A DNA stretch of 64,000 nt from the NCBI GenBank assembly GCA_964570965.1, contig CAZNAX010000002.1, forward strand, positions 20,095 through 84,094. Direction: 5' to 3'. Below are positions 55,107-64,000 of this stretch, in pieces. The translations under genes were made by a program, and so were the position numbers. The first letter of the stretch is position 1. Each line of letters begins with the position of its first letter. This stretch comes from an uncultured Desulfatibacillum sp. GTDB lineage: Bacteria > Desulfobacterota > Desulfobacteria > Desulfobacterales > SpSt-501. The notes beneath the pieces were generated by a model. The model worked only from the letters and a program-made list of their open reading frames with translations. It searched no databases and was not told the DNA's origin.

Positions 55107-55190
55107 ATCACGGCCTTCTGGTATGGGTATCCTCATGACCTTCCGCCGTCGCGCGGAACGGCCAACCTCAACCCCGGGAGGAGGCGCCGC

Positions 55191-57077
55191 ATGGCCGTTA
55201 AAACCTATTGGGCCGACAAGTACATCGCCAACCGACGCAGCGGTGTGGATGCCATTTCCAGGATACGGCCCGGCCGGCGCGTCTTCATCGGCTCATCCTG
55301 CGGCGAGCCGCAGCACCTCGTGCGGGGGCTGGCCAACGCGTTTGATTCCTTGAAAGACATCGAGATTGTGAGGCTGATGACCCTGGAGACCACGCCGCTG
55401 TCCTTGATCGCCAACAAGACTCTAGATAGCGCGCTGAACATACGCTCTTTCTACGCCGGGTCGGCCAAGTCGAAGGCCATGGCCCGCAACCAGCGTTTCA
55501 TCACCCCGATCCACCTCTCGGCCATCCCGCGTCTTTTCAAAAGTCGCCTGCTGCCGATTCACGTGGCCCTCATCCAAGTCTCGCCGCCGGATGATTTCGG
55601 CTGGATGAGTTTGGGGGTGTCTGTAGATATCACCCTCGCGGCGGCCGAGTCCGCGGACGTAGTGATCGCCCAGGTGAACTCCCGCATGCCGCGAGTCCTG
55701 GGCCGCAGCTTTATCCATGTAAATGATGTGGATGTTTTCGTTGAGTATGACGAGCCGCTCATCACCATCGGCCCCAACCCGGAATTCAAGGCCGCCAACG
55801 ACATCGCCCGGTTGATCGTCCGGCTGGTCGAGGACGGTTCCACTCTGGCCATCGGTCTCGGCACCACCACTGAGGCCGTTATGCTGGCCCTCTCGGATAA
55901 AAACGACCTTGGAATTCACAGCCTTTTTTTTACCAACGACATGATGCACCTGTTCTCGAAGGGAGTCATCAACAACCGGCGCAAGGGATTCAACGACGGT
56001 AAAATGGTCGCTGCGTGCGCCATCGGCTCGCAGGACCTTTACGAGTTTCTAGACGACAACCCTGCCATCGAGTTCCACCCGGTCGACTACACCAACGACC
56101 CCTCGGTGATATCCCGGCACAAACGGATGGTGGCTATGAGTGTGGTGATGGGCATCGACCTGACCGGGCAGGTCGCCGTCGACGCCATGCCCAACACGCA
56201 TTTTTCGGGAGTCACGGGATTGTTGGATTTCATGCGTGGCTCCGCCGCCGCACCGGGCGGAAAATCCATCCTGATGCTGTCCTCCACCGCAGGTCAGGGC
56301 AAGGAGAGCCGCATCGTTCCCCTCCTCAAAGATACGGCCATCGTGGTGCCCCGCAGCGATGTGCAGCACGTGGTGACCGAGTTCGGTGCGGTCAATCTTT
56401 TCGGGAAGAGCCTTCAGGAAAGGGCCATGGCCCTCATCAGCATCGCGCACCCTAACTTCAGGGACGAGCTGTTCTTCCAGGCCAAAAAGATGGGATTGCT
56501 GAGTGCCGAGCGGACCCTGCATGAGTCCATTCATGGCGTCTATCCCGTGCATCTGGAAGAGGTGCTGGAAATCGCCGATCAACAGGTCACCGTGCGGCCG
56601 GCCAAACCGGTGGATGAACGCCGCATCCAGGAGCATTTTTACAGTCTCGACAAAGACGATGTGATCGCGCGTTTTTTCCACGACAAGCGCAGTTTCGATA
56701 AGGATGAAGCCGAGGGGGTGTCCCAGGTCGATTACATCAAGGATCTCACCCTGCTAGCCATCGTGGGGGAGTTCGGGTTTGGCCAGGTGGTGGGCATCGG
56801 CGAGTACCTGCTGGACCCTGCTACCAATTACGCCGAGATCGCTTTTTCCGTCAGCAGGCCTTACCAAAAAATGGGACTCGGCAAGATTTTGCTCCGCAAA
56901 CTGGCGTCCGCCGCTCGCGAACATGGGATCGCAGGCTTTTTTGCCTACACCTCGGCTCAAAACCAGGGCATGGTCCGCTTGTTCAAGCGCCTGCCGTATA
57001 AAGTGACCACCGCTTTCGACGGGGACATGGTGACGCTGCGATGCAGCTTCAATGAACCGCTGAGGCAAAAGGACTGA
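55191..57077 (+). CDS. Acetyl-CoA hydrolase/transferase family protein fused to a C-terminal GNAT acetyltransferase domain
   Basis: 628 aa. The N-terminal ~430 aa are CoA-transferase-like (VFIGSSCGEPQ, GLGTTTEAV, VVTEFGAVNLFGKSLQERA). The C-terminal ~170 aa carry the GNAT motif A YQKMGLGKILL. Confidence 0.75.
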   Translation: MAVKTYWADKYIANRRSGVDAISRIRPGRRVFIGSSCGEPQHLVRGLANAFDSLKDIEIVRLMTLETTPLSLIANKTLDSALNIRSFYAGSAKSKAMARNQRFITPIHLSAIPRLFKSRLLPIHVALIQVSPPDDFGWMSLGVSVDITLAAAESADVVIAQVNSRMPRVLGRSFIHVNDVDVFVEYDEPLITIGPNPEFKAANDIARLIVRLVEDGSTLAIGLGTTTEAVMLALSDKNDLGIHSLFFTNDMMHLFSKGVINNRRKGFNDGKMVAACAIGSQDLYEFLDDNPAIEFHPVDYTNDPSVISRHKRMVAMSVVMGIDLTGQVAVDAMPNTHFSGVTGLLDFMRGSAAAPGGKSILMLSSTAGQGKESRIVPLLKDTAIVVPRSDVQHVVTEFGAVNLFGKSLQERAMALISIAHPNFRDELFFQAKKMGLLSAERTLHESIHGVYPVHLEEVLEIADQQVTVRPAKPVDERRIQEHFYSLDKDDVIARFFHDKRSFDKDEAEGVSQVDYIKDLTLLAIVGEFGFGQVVGIGEYLLDPATNYAEIAFSVSRPYQKMGLGKILLRKLASAAREHGIAGFFAYTSAQNQGMVRLFKRLPYKVTTAFDGDMVTLRCSFNEPLRQKD

Positions 57078-57171
57078 GGACAAGGAGCTGAGGCCTGAGC
57101 AAGAAAAAGACCGTTGCCCGGCCCTGCTCAGTCCTCATAGCTCAGTCCTGCTTGGGCAATGGAAACAGAGA

Positions 57172-59124
57172 ATGACGACTAGCAAAATAACGTTTCTGCC
57201 CCACAACATCTCGATTGAAGTCCCGAATGGCACCTTCCTCATTCAAGCGGCTCTGGATGCCGGGGTGCATATTAACGCCTCTTGCGGCGGAGAGGGCGTT
57301 TGCGGAAAATGCAGGGTTCGCGTCGAGGATGGCGACGTGGTGGACGGACTTAGCGAAAAACTGAGCCAGGAGGACATCCAGAAAGGGTATCGACTCGCCT
57401 GCCGGTCAGAGGTCACCGGTGATCTGACCGTGCGCATCCCGGTGGAGTCGATGATCGACACGGCGATTCTCAACCGGCCGGCGTCCCCGCGTCGTACCGC
57501 CCGGATCCGGGAGTTCAACTTCGAGGAACTGAAGGAGCGGGGGCTTTTTCTAGCGCCCGTTGAGAAAAAAAACCTGCAGATCCCGCCCCCGTCGCCCAGC
57601 GACAACCTGCCGGACCTCACCCGGCTTATCGGCTTTCTCAAACTGCAGCACGACGAACACAAGCTGGAGGCGGATCTATCCGTCATCCGCAAGATCCCGC
57701 AGGTGATCCGCCAGGACGATTTCCGCTTGACCGCCACGTTGGTGCGTCCCGTGCGCGCGGACGGCAAGACTCGCATCATCAACGTGCAGGCCGGCGACAC
57801 CTCCGGCCGCAGCCTGGCCATCGCCATGGACATCGGAACCACCACCATCTACGGGCAGCTCATCGATCTTGTCAGCGGTGAGGTTCTCGCCGAGCATGGG
57901 GAGTTCAACGCGCAGATCAGCTACGGCGAGGACGTGATCAGCCGCATCGTGTATGCGGAAAAACCGGGCGGGCTTGATCGTATCCAGGAGGTGGTCATCG
58001 AGACCATCAACAAGATCCTGCGCAAGATCATCAAGCGATCGGGAGCGGACCCGCAAGATATCGCCACCATCACCCTGGCCGGCAACACCACCATGACCCA
58101 GCTGCTTCTCAAGGTCAACCCGCGCTTCATCCGGCGGGCTCCCTATGTTCCGGCATCCTCGATCTACCCCCCGATCAAGGCCCGGGAATTGGGAATGGAT
58201 CTGGAGGACCACGTTACGGCGTTGGTGTATCCCTGCGTGTCGAGCTATGTCGGCGGGGACATCGTGGCCGGGGTCATGGGATCCGGCATCTATCTTGCCG
58301 AGGAACTCACCCTGTTCCTCGATGTCGGCACCAATGCCGAAATCGTTATCGGAAATCGAGACTGGCTGGCCTGCGCGGCTTGTTCGGCAGGACCGGCTTT
58401 CGAGGGAGGCGGCTTGCAGTTCGGCATGCGGGCCGCCAAGGGGGCCATCGAGGATTTTTTACTTGATCCGGCCACGCTTGAGCCCATGATCATGACCATC
58501 GGAAGGGTGCGGCCCAAGGGTATCTGCGGCTCGGGCTTGATCAACATGGTGGCCGTGATGTTCGAAATGGGGGTCATCGACAATCTTGGTAAGTTCGACC
58601 CCGGTTTGAATACCTCCCGGATCCGGCGCTGCGAAGGCTTCCGTGAATATGTCGTGGCCTGGAAGGACGAGACCCAGATCGACCGAGACATCACGCTATC
58701 GGAGATCGACATCGAAAATCTCATCCGTGCCAAGGGCGCCATTTACAGCGGGTGCATGACGTTGCTGACGGAGGTCGGGCTAAGTCTCAACGACATACAG
58801 CGTGTCATTCTGGCCGGCGGATTCGGAAGTTTCGTCGACCTCGATAAAGCCATGACGATCGGCTTGCTGCCCGAGATGGATACGGACCGGGTGACCTATC
58901 TCGGCAACGGCTCGCTGCTGGGCGCCAAGTTGAGTTCTCTCACCAACCGCATACGCCGCGACGTGGTGGAGGTCGTCCGAAAAATGACCAACTTCGAGCT
59001 GTCCGAGACGGCCTCTTATATGGACAACTACATTGCCGCCCTGTTTCTGCCCCATACCGATCTCCAGCAGTTTCCGAGATTGCAAGCCCGGCTTGAAGAT
59101 CGTAACCGTTCGAGAACTAAATGA
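57172..59124 (+). CDS. acsV: Corrinoid activation/regeneration protein (RACo/AcsV-type; 2Fe-2S ferredoxin plus ASKHA ATPase)
   Basis: N-terminal plant-type ferredoxin motif SCGGEGVCGKCRV and ASKHA motifs (AMDIGTTTI, LDVGTNAEIV). Immediately upstream of acsD, acsB and acsC. Confidence 0.8.
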   Translation: MTTSKITFLPHNISIEVPNGTFLIQAALDAGVHINASCGGEGVCGKCRVRVEDGDVVDGLSEKLSQEDIQKGYRLACRSEVTGDLTVRIPVESMIDTAILNRPASPRRTARIREFNFEELKERGLFLAPVEKKNLQIPPPSPSDNLPDLTRLIGFLKLQHDEHKLEADLSVIRKIPQVIRQDDFRLTATLVRPVRADGKTRIINVQAGDTSGRSLAIAMDIGTTTIYGQLIDLVSGEVLAEHGEFNAQISYGEDVISRIVYAEKPGGLDRIQEVVIETINKILRKIIKRSGADPQDIATITLAGNTTMTQLLLKVNPRFIRRAPYVPASSIYPPIKARELGMDLEDHVTALVYPCVSSYVGGDIVAGVMGSGIYLAEELTLFLDVGTNAEIVIGNRDWLACAACSAGPAFEGGGLQFGMRAAKGAIEDFLLDPATLEPMIMTIGRVRPKGICGSGLINMVAVMFEMGVIDNLGKFDPGLNTSRIRRCEGFREYVVAWKDETQIDRDITLSEIDIENLIRAKGAIYSGCMTLLTEVGLSLNDIQRVILAGGFGSFVDLDKAMTIGLLPEMDTDRVTYLGNGSLLGAKLSSLTNRIRRDVVEVVRKMTNFELSETASYMDNYIAALFLPHTDLQQFPRLQARLEDRNRSRTK

Positions 59125-59386
59125 AACCGGAATGAAGGGGTTTCCCGAATAGGCCGGAGCCCGCCTGGGGGGGTGCGTGCGGTGAAACCGCAGCGGTCAG
59201 GTCGAGTATTGAAATAACTGTTAAATTTTTCATGTCCTCTCTTGACAAAAATACATGCGCTCGGTAAATGAAAAAAGTATTTTTTCAATTCAAGGTTTTA
59301 CCTGATTGGTTCCCATAGGTAGATGAGCTGATCCAACGGTTCAATCACCACACCCATAAACCGGTCAAGAAGACAAGGAGGGAACA

Positions 59387-60967
59387 TTGGGCTTCCAATT
59401 CTACAAAGAATCTTACACCGGCAAGATCAAGGAAATCACGCTGGGTAAGGGCCAGAAAACGGTCACCGTCGGCGGAGAGACCTGCTATCCGTTCTACCAG
59501 TTCGAGGGCGCCATGCCCCACCCGCCGAAAATTGCCATGGAAGTCTGGGACATGGCTCCGGAGGAGTGGCCCGACGCGGCCCTGGCACCTTTCAAAGACG
59601 TGGTCTCCGACCCGGGGGCGTGGGCCCGAAAATGCGTCAAGGAGTTCGGCGCTGAGATCATCGTGCTGCAGCTGAAGAGCATCGACCCCAACGGCAAGAA
59701 CGCCTCGGCCGAAGATGCCGTCAAATCGGTGAAAAAGGTGCGGGCGGCGGTGGATGTGCCATTGGTGGTCTGGGGGTCGGCCAACGTCGAGAAGGACGAG
59801 GCTGTCCTCAAGAAAATCGCCGAAGAGTGCCAGGGCGAGAATCTCATCCTGGGACCCGTTGAAGACAAGAACCACAAGGCCATCGGGGCGGCCGCCATGG
59901 GCTTCGGGCATTATGTCATCGCCTCATCGCCTATCGACGTCAACCTCGCCAAACAGGTCAACATCCTGCTCGAGAACCTCGGCATGCCGACCAACCGCAT
60001 GCTGATCGACCCGACCACCGGCGGGCTTGGCTACGGGCTGGAATATTCCTATTCGGTCATGGAGCGCATCCGCATGGCCGCCCTGGCCCAGGGCGACGAC
60101 AAGCTCCAGTTCCCTCTTATCAACAACCTCGGCAACGAGGTCTGGAAATCCAAGGAAGCCAAACTTGGAGCCAAGGACGCCCCGACGCTCGGAGATCCGG
60201 AGCGGCGCGCCATCCTGATGGAGGCCGTGGGAGCGGTGGCCTACCTCATGGGCGGTTCCAATATTCTGATTATGCGCCACCCGGAAGCCGTCCGCCTGGT
60301 GAAGAGCTATATCGATCTGATTTACAAGGGCGGCGCTGCAACGGCCGTCGCGCCGATTGTCAAGAAACTGCCTGCCGCTGACATCGATTTGCTCAGCCTT
60401 TCCCCGGCCCCCAATCTGGCCATCGCCGAGGAAAAAGAGAAGAAGCCGGCCGCGCCGCCGCCTCCCAAAGCCGCCGCCGCCCCCAAGGTCGAAGTCAAAC
60501 CCGCAACGGCACCGCCGAAAGCCGAGGCCGCTCCGGCCGCACCGGCCGTGGACGAGGCCGCTTTGAAGGCCAAGGCGGAAGCGGAAGCCAAGGCCAAGGC
60601 CGAAGGCGAAGCGCGGGCCAAACTGGATGCCGCCGCGCAGGCCAAAGCCGAGGCAGATGCCAAGGCGAAGGCCGAAGCAGATGCCAAGGCCAAGGCGGAG
60701 GCGGAAGCCAAAGCCAAGGCCGCCGCAGAGGCCCAGCGACTGGCGGAGGAGAAGGCCAAGATCGAGGCCGACCTCGACAAGATCCGGCAGCAACGCGCCA
60801 AGGAGCGCGAAGAACGGGGCGCGGCGACACCCGCTGCGGCGCCAGCCAAAATCGCAAAGAAGACGGCGGCTCCCAAAGATGCCGAAAAGAAGGCGGCCGT
60901 GCCGGAGAAGTCGGTTCCTGAAAAGATCGTTGAGACCCTGATTTGGGTCCACCGCCGTAATCGATGA
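59387..60967 (+). CDS. acsD: Corrinoid Fe-S protein small subunit (AcsD/CdhD delta subunit) with ~210-aa Ala/Lys/Glu/Pro-rich C-terminal extension
   Basis: TTG start after AAGGAGGG. Residues 1 to ~315 are collinear with Moorella AcsD as I recall it (VTVGGETCYPFYQFEG, IDPTTGGLGYGLEYSYSVMERIR, LIMRHPEAV). The remainder is low complexity (KAEAEAKAKAE...). Confidence 0.85.
   Translation: MGFQFYKESYTGKIKEITLGKGQKTVTVGGETCYPFYQFEGAMPHPPKIAMEVWDMAPEEWPDAALAPFKDVVSDPGAWARKCVKEFGAEIIVLQLKSIDPNGKNASAEDAVKSVKKVRAAVDVPLVVWGSANVEKDEAVLKKIAEECQGENLILGPVEDKNHKAIGAAAMGFGHYVIASSPIDVNLAKQVNILLENLGMPTNRMLIDPTTGGLGYGLEYSYSVMERIRMAALAQGDDKLQFPLINNLGNEVWKSKEAKLGAKDAPTLGDPERRAILMEAVGAVAYLMGGSNILIMRHPEAVRLVKSYIDLIYKGGAATAVAPIVKKLPAADIDLLSLSPAPNLAIAEEKEKKPAAPPPPKAAAAPKVEVKPATAPPKAEAAPAAPAVDEAALKAKAEAEAKAKAEGEARAKLDAAAQAKAEADAKAKAEADAKAKAEAEAKAKAAAEAQRLAEEKAKIEADLDKIRQQRAKEREERGAATPAAAPAKIAKKTAAPKDAEKKAAVPEKSVPEKIVETLIWVHRRNR
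60560..60790 (+). repeat. Coding low-complexity repeat (KAEA-type; 24-nt near-duplicate at 60653 and 60677)
   Basis: The unit GCAGATGCCAAGGC(G/C)AAGGC(C/G)GA(A/G) occurs twice in tandem (EADAKAKA x2) within an irregular GCC/AAG/GAG-rich tract. It is in frame with acsD. Confidence 0.7.
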
Positions 60968-61025
60968 CTGACCACTTGAACCGTTTATATCTTACATTAA
61001 ATCCTCAACGAAGGAGGACATTTTT

Positions 61026-63242
61026 ATGTCGAAACTAGTTGCGTTTGCTGCGATTCAGGGTGCGTACAACATCGTTTCTCAGGTAGAAGGCGAGTACAAG
61101 AAGGCATTGGAGACGTTCAATGCCGACACCAAGGTCGGGTTCCCCAACACCGCCTACTACCTGCCGGTGATCTACTCGTTGCTCGGCATCAAGGTCGAGA
61201 AGCTGGAAGACATGAAGAAAGTGATGGAGGTGGTGCGCAAGCTGCTGCCGCCACACATCAAGGGGATGAACCACCTGCCGTACCTCGGGCCACTGCTGGA
61301 CGCCGGCATGGCCTCTCTCTTCAGTTTCGAGATCCGTGAAGCCCTGCGCTACCTCAACGAGCCGGACTTCTATCTGCACGCGGAGGAGATCGACGAGGAA
61401 GCCGGCAAGATCTGGCTGGGCGCGGCCGACGACACCGTTTTCCGTAAACGCGGGGTTGAGTTCGTGGACGGATCGGCGCCCGGCTTTGCCGCTATCGTCG
61501 GTGCGGCCCCGGACCCCGAGACCGCCAAGCTGATCGTCGAAGAGTACCAGAAACGCAGCCTTTACATTTTCCTGGCCGCCGAACACAACCACACTACGGT
61601 AGCCCAGCAACTGCTACAGGCCGGTGTGCAGATCGGATGGAACACCCGCATCGTGCCGTTCGGCCCCTACATCTCTTCGGCCATCTTCGCCCTCGGCTTC
61701 GCCAACCGGGCGGCCATGGCCTTCGGCGGCATTCAGCCCGGCGACTACAAGCGTATGCTGCTCTACAACAAGAACCGCATCTTCGCCTTCGTCAACGCCC
61801 TGGGGGAGGTCGGCACCGATTGGGCTGCTGCGGCGGCCGGTTGCGTCAACTGGGGCTTCCCCACCATTGCCGACACGGACATCCCTGAGATCCTGCCGAC
61901 CGGAGTTTGCACCTACGAGCATGTGGTCGCCAACGTGGCCCACGCCGACATGGTACAGAAGTCCGTCGAAATTCGTGGCCTGAAGGTTCAGGTGGCCACG
62001 ATCGACATCCCGATGTCCTTCGGGCCGGCCTACGAGGGCGAGCGCGTCCGCGGCCAGGACCTTTACTGCCAGATGGGCGGCGGCAAGACCCAGTGCACCG
62101 AGCTCGTCAAGATGGCCGAGATGAACGAGATCGAAGACGGCAAAGTCGTTATCGTCGGGCCCGATGTGAACGCGATCAAGGAAGGCGGCGCTTCGCCCCT
62201 CGGCATCTATGTCCAGGTCGCCGGCCGCGAGTTCCAAACCGACTTCGAGCCGATCATCGAACGTCAGATTCACCATCTCATCAACTACATCCAGGGCGTC
62301 ATGCACATCGGTCAGCGCGATATTTCCTGGATTCGGCTGAGCAAGGGCGCCGTCGAGAAAGGCTTCTCCCTGAAACACATCGGGGTCGTGCTGCACGCCA
62401 AGTTCCACCAGGATTTCCAGAAGATCGTCGACAAGGTCCAGGTCACCCTCTTCACCAAGAAGGAGGACGTGGACAAGCTCACCCAGCGAGCGCGGGGCGA
62501 GTACAAGACGCGCGACGAGCGCGTCGAGAAGATGACCGACGAGTCGGTCGAAACCTACTATTCCTGCACGCTGTGCCAGTCTTTTGCGCCCAACCATGTT
62601 TGCACCGTCAGTCCGGAACGGACGGGGCTTTGCGGCGCCTACAACTGGATGGACTGCAAGGCTTCCTTCGAGATCAACCCGACCGGGCCCAATCAGCCGA
62701 TCCAGAAGGGCGAATGCCTCGACCCCAAGCTCGGCCAGTGGAAGGGCGTCAACGAGTTCGTGCAGAAGGCTTCGCGCGGTGCCGTCACTCACTACAATTT
62801 TTACTCGATGGTTCACAGCCCGATGACCACTTGCGGCTGCTGCGAGGCCATCGCGGCCATGTTGCCCTCCTGCAACGGGATCATGACCGTCAACCGCGAT
62901 TACAGCGGGGAGACCCCCTGCGGCATGAAGTTCACGACCCTGGCGGGCGTCATGGGCGGCGGGGCCTCGTCTCCGGGCTTCGTGGGCCACTCCAAGTTCA
63001 ACATCACCCAAGGCAAGTTCATTCTCGGCGACGGCGGCATCAAGCGCTTGGTGTGGATGCCGAAGATCCTAAAGGAAGAAATCCGGGAACGGCTGATCAA
63101 ACGCGGCAAGGAAGTGGGAATGCCCGACTTGATTGACCGTATCGCCGATGAAACCGTCGGCACGACCGAGGAGGAGATCCTGTCCTTCCTGAAGGAAAAG
63201 AACCATCCGGCGTTGTCGATGGACCCGATCATCAGCGGATGA
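61026..63242 (+). CDS. acsB: Acetyl-CoA synthase catalytic subunit (CODH/ACS alpha, AcsB/CdhC)
   Basis: 738 aa. A-cluster region YYSCTLCQSFAPNHVCTVSPERTGLCGAYNWMDCKA and SPMTTCGCCEA. Confidence 0.92.
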   Translation: MSKLVAFAAIQGAYNIVSQVEGEYKKALETFNADTKVGFPNTAYYLPVIYSLLGIKVEKLEDMKKVMEVVRKLLPPHIKGMNHLPYLGPLLDAGMASLFSFEIREALRYLNEPDFYLHAEEIDEEAGKIWLGAADDTVFRKRGVEFVDGSAPGFAAIVGAAPDPETAKLIVEEYQKRSLYIFLAAEHNHTTVAQQLLQAGVQIGWNTRIVPFGPYISSAIFALGFANRAAMAFGGIQPGDYKRMLLYNKNRIFAFVNALGEVGTDWAAAAAGCVNWGFPTIADTDIPEILPTGVCTYEHVVANVAHADMVQKSVEIRGLKVQVATIDIPMSFGPAYEGERVRGQDLYCQMGGGKTQCTELVKMAEMNEIEDGKVVIVGPDVNAIKEGGASPLGIYVQVAGREFQTDFEPIIERQIHHLINYIQGVMHIGQRDISWIRLSKGAVEKGFSLKHIGVVLHAKFHQDFQKIVDKVQVTLFTKKEDVDKLTQRARGEYKTRDERVEKMTDESVETYYSCTLCQSFAPNHVCTVSPERTGLCGAYNWMDCKASFEINPTGPNQPIQKGECLDPKLGQWKGVNEFVQKASRGAVTHYNFYSMVHSPMTTCGCCEAIAAMLPSCNGIMTVNRDYSGETPCGMKFTTLAGVMGGGASSPGFVGHSKFNITQGKFILGDGGIKRLVWMPKILKEEIRERLIKRGKEVGMPDLIDRIADETVGTTEEEILSFLKEKNHPALSMDPIISG

Positions 63243-63333
63243 CGGCTGTTGGGGGATTATCGGGCGGCGCGCGACCGGCAAGACGGCGCGCGCTGCCGAC
63301 ACCGTACCTGAAACGCGCACAAAGGAGACCGAG

Positions 63334-64000
63334 ATGGCATTAACCGGAATTCAGATATTCAAGCTCCTTCCGAAAACCAACTGCAAGGAATGCGGTGTTC
63401 CGACCTGCCTGGCCTTTGCGATGAACCTCGCCTCCGGCAAGGCCGAGCTCGACAGCTGCCCGTACGTGTCGGCCGAAGCCCGGGCGGCGCTTTCCGAAGC
63501 TTCGGCGCCGCCGATCCGGCCCGTCGCCGTCGGCAAAGGGGTGCGCGCAGCCACCACCGGCGGGGAGACCGTGCAGTATCGTCACGAGAAAACCTTCTTC
63601 AATCCGACGCTTTTGGCCGCCACGGTCGGCTCGGACATTTCGGCGGCGGATCTTCAGACCAAGCTGAAAAAGTGGAACGCCTTACAATATGAACGGGTGG
63701 GGCTCAATCTCCGGCCGGAACTAGTGGCGGTAAAGGACGTCAACGGAAATGCCGAGGCCTTCGCAAAGAGCGCCAAGACCATTGCCGAGACTTCCGAGTT
63801 CAACCTCGTGCTGATGACCGAGAAGCCGGACATCATGAAGGCGGCCGTCGAGGCCACGAAGTTCAAACGCCCGTTGATGTATGCCGCCACCGCCGCCAAC
63901 TTGGCGGAGATGGGTGCGCTGGCCAAGGAGAGTGGCCTTCCGCTTGCCGTCAAGGCCGGCTCAGTGGCCGACCTGGTCCCGCTGACCCAGAAGCTCACCG
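63334..64000 (+). CDS. acsC: Corrinoid Fe-S protein large subunit (AcsC/CdhE gamma), partial, runs off window
   Basis: ATG at 63334 after AAAGGAGA. MALTGIQIFKLLPKTNCKECGVPTCLAFAMNLASGKAELDSCPY is the N-terminal 4Fe-4S motif. The frame is open to the window end, so it is absent from the ORF track. Confidence 0.88.
   Translation, partial: MALTGIQIFKLLPKTNCKECGVPTCLAFAMNLASGKAELDSCPYVSAEARAALSEASAPPIRPVAVGKGVRAATTGGETVQYRHEKTFFNPTLLAATVGSDISAADLQTKLKKWNALQYERVGLNLRPELVAVKDVNGNAEAFAKSAKTIAETSEFNLVLMTEKPDIMKAAVEATKFKRPLMYAATAANLAEMGALAKESGLPLAVKAGSVADLVPLTQKLT

Noticed and set aside
60560-60790. Possible CRISPR or tandem-repeat locus suggested by the repetitive DNA
   Set aside because: The repeat units are irregular (one 24-nt near-duplicate only), there are no unique spacers, and the tract is an in-frame coding low-complexity region.
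59924-60975. Long minus-strand ORFs (342 aa, 217 aa, 120 aa) and alternative plus-frame ORFs over the acsD tail
   Set aside because: They are frame shadows of the GCC/AAG/GAG repeat tract (Gly/Arg/Leu-rich or Ala/Ser-rich). The acsD frame is continuous with a conserved N-terminal domain.
61614-63136. 465-aa antisense ORF and 409-aa alternative-frame ORF within acsB
   Set aside because: acsB has an unmistakable A-cluster signature in its own frame. The alternatives are Arg/Gly/Pro-rich GC-skew artefacts.
1-64000. Looked for mobile elements, prophage genes, CRISPR arrays, tRNA/rRNA genes and flanking direct repeats that would mark an island
   Set aside because: No transposase, integrase, phage structural, Cas-like or tRNA-like sequence was recognisable in the ORF translations or the sequence. 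The only repeats are short hairpins and one coding low-complexity tract.

Overview
GC-rich (about 60% by eye) chromosomal segment with the gene content of an anaerobic Desulfobacterota/deltaproteobacterial-type organism; that assignment is inference from content only. About 55 protein genes are tightly packed on both strands. I found no rRNA, tRNA, CRISPR array, transposase, integrase or phage genes. Left to right: an AsmA-family gene running off the left edge; an IscU/IscS-like Fe-S pair; an orphan Opp/Dpp ATPase beside two gene remnants; two SAM methyltransferases convergent with a GT-C/GT2/YdjC glycoconjugate cluster; ExeA/GspB; an HD-GYP protein; a split purH; threonine aldolase; acetoacetyl-CoA synthetase; a TsaA-like protein; a PilZ / two small membrane paralogs / sigma54-activator operon; purB; mutM; an acyl-CoA dehydrogenase / HMG-CoA lyase / IPMDH-family group with a leuC stub; a 1015-aa M16 peptidase; a PAS histidine kinase; a seven-gene minus-strand run mixing PTPS-fold, RibD-C-like and MDR enzymes with GT4, a sulfatase-like protein, a CDP-alcohol phosphatidyltransferase and sbcB; a small islet of hypothetical genes; a complete pspF/pspABC module; rmuC; a LIV-type ABC transporter; an acetyl-CoA hydrolase/transferase-GNAT fusion; and the start of a bacterial-type Wood-Ljungdahl acetyl-CoA synthase cluster (RACo, acsD, acsB, acsC, the last running off the right edge). 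The best candidate for an undescribed system is the PilZ + tandem 67-aa membrane paralogs + sensor-less sigma54 activator operon (21.4-23.5 kb). Other notable items: an IscS-like protein lacking the PLP lysine, the pterin-fold/lipid-headgroup cluster (36.4-42.7 kb), a Cys-rich small ORF behind a sigma54-like promoter next to psp, and an AcsD carrying a ~210-aa Ala/Lys/Glu-rich tail. All family calls come from motif recognition by eye; no database search was run.
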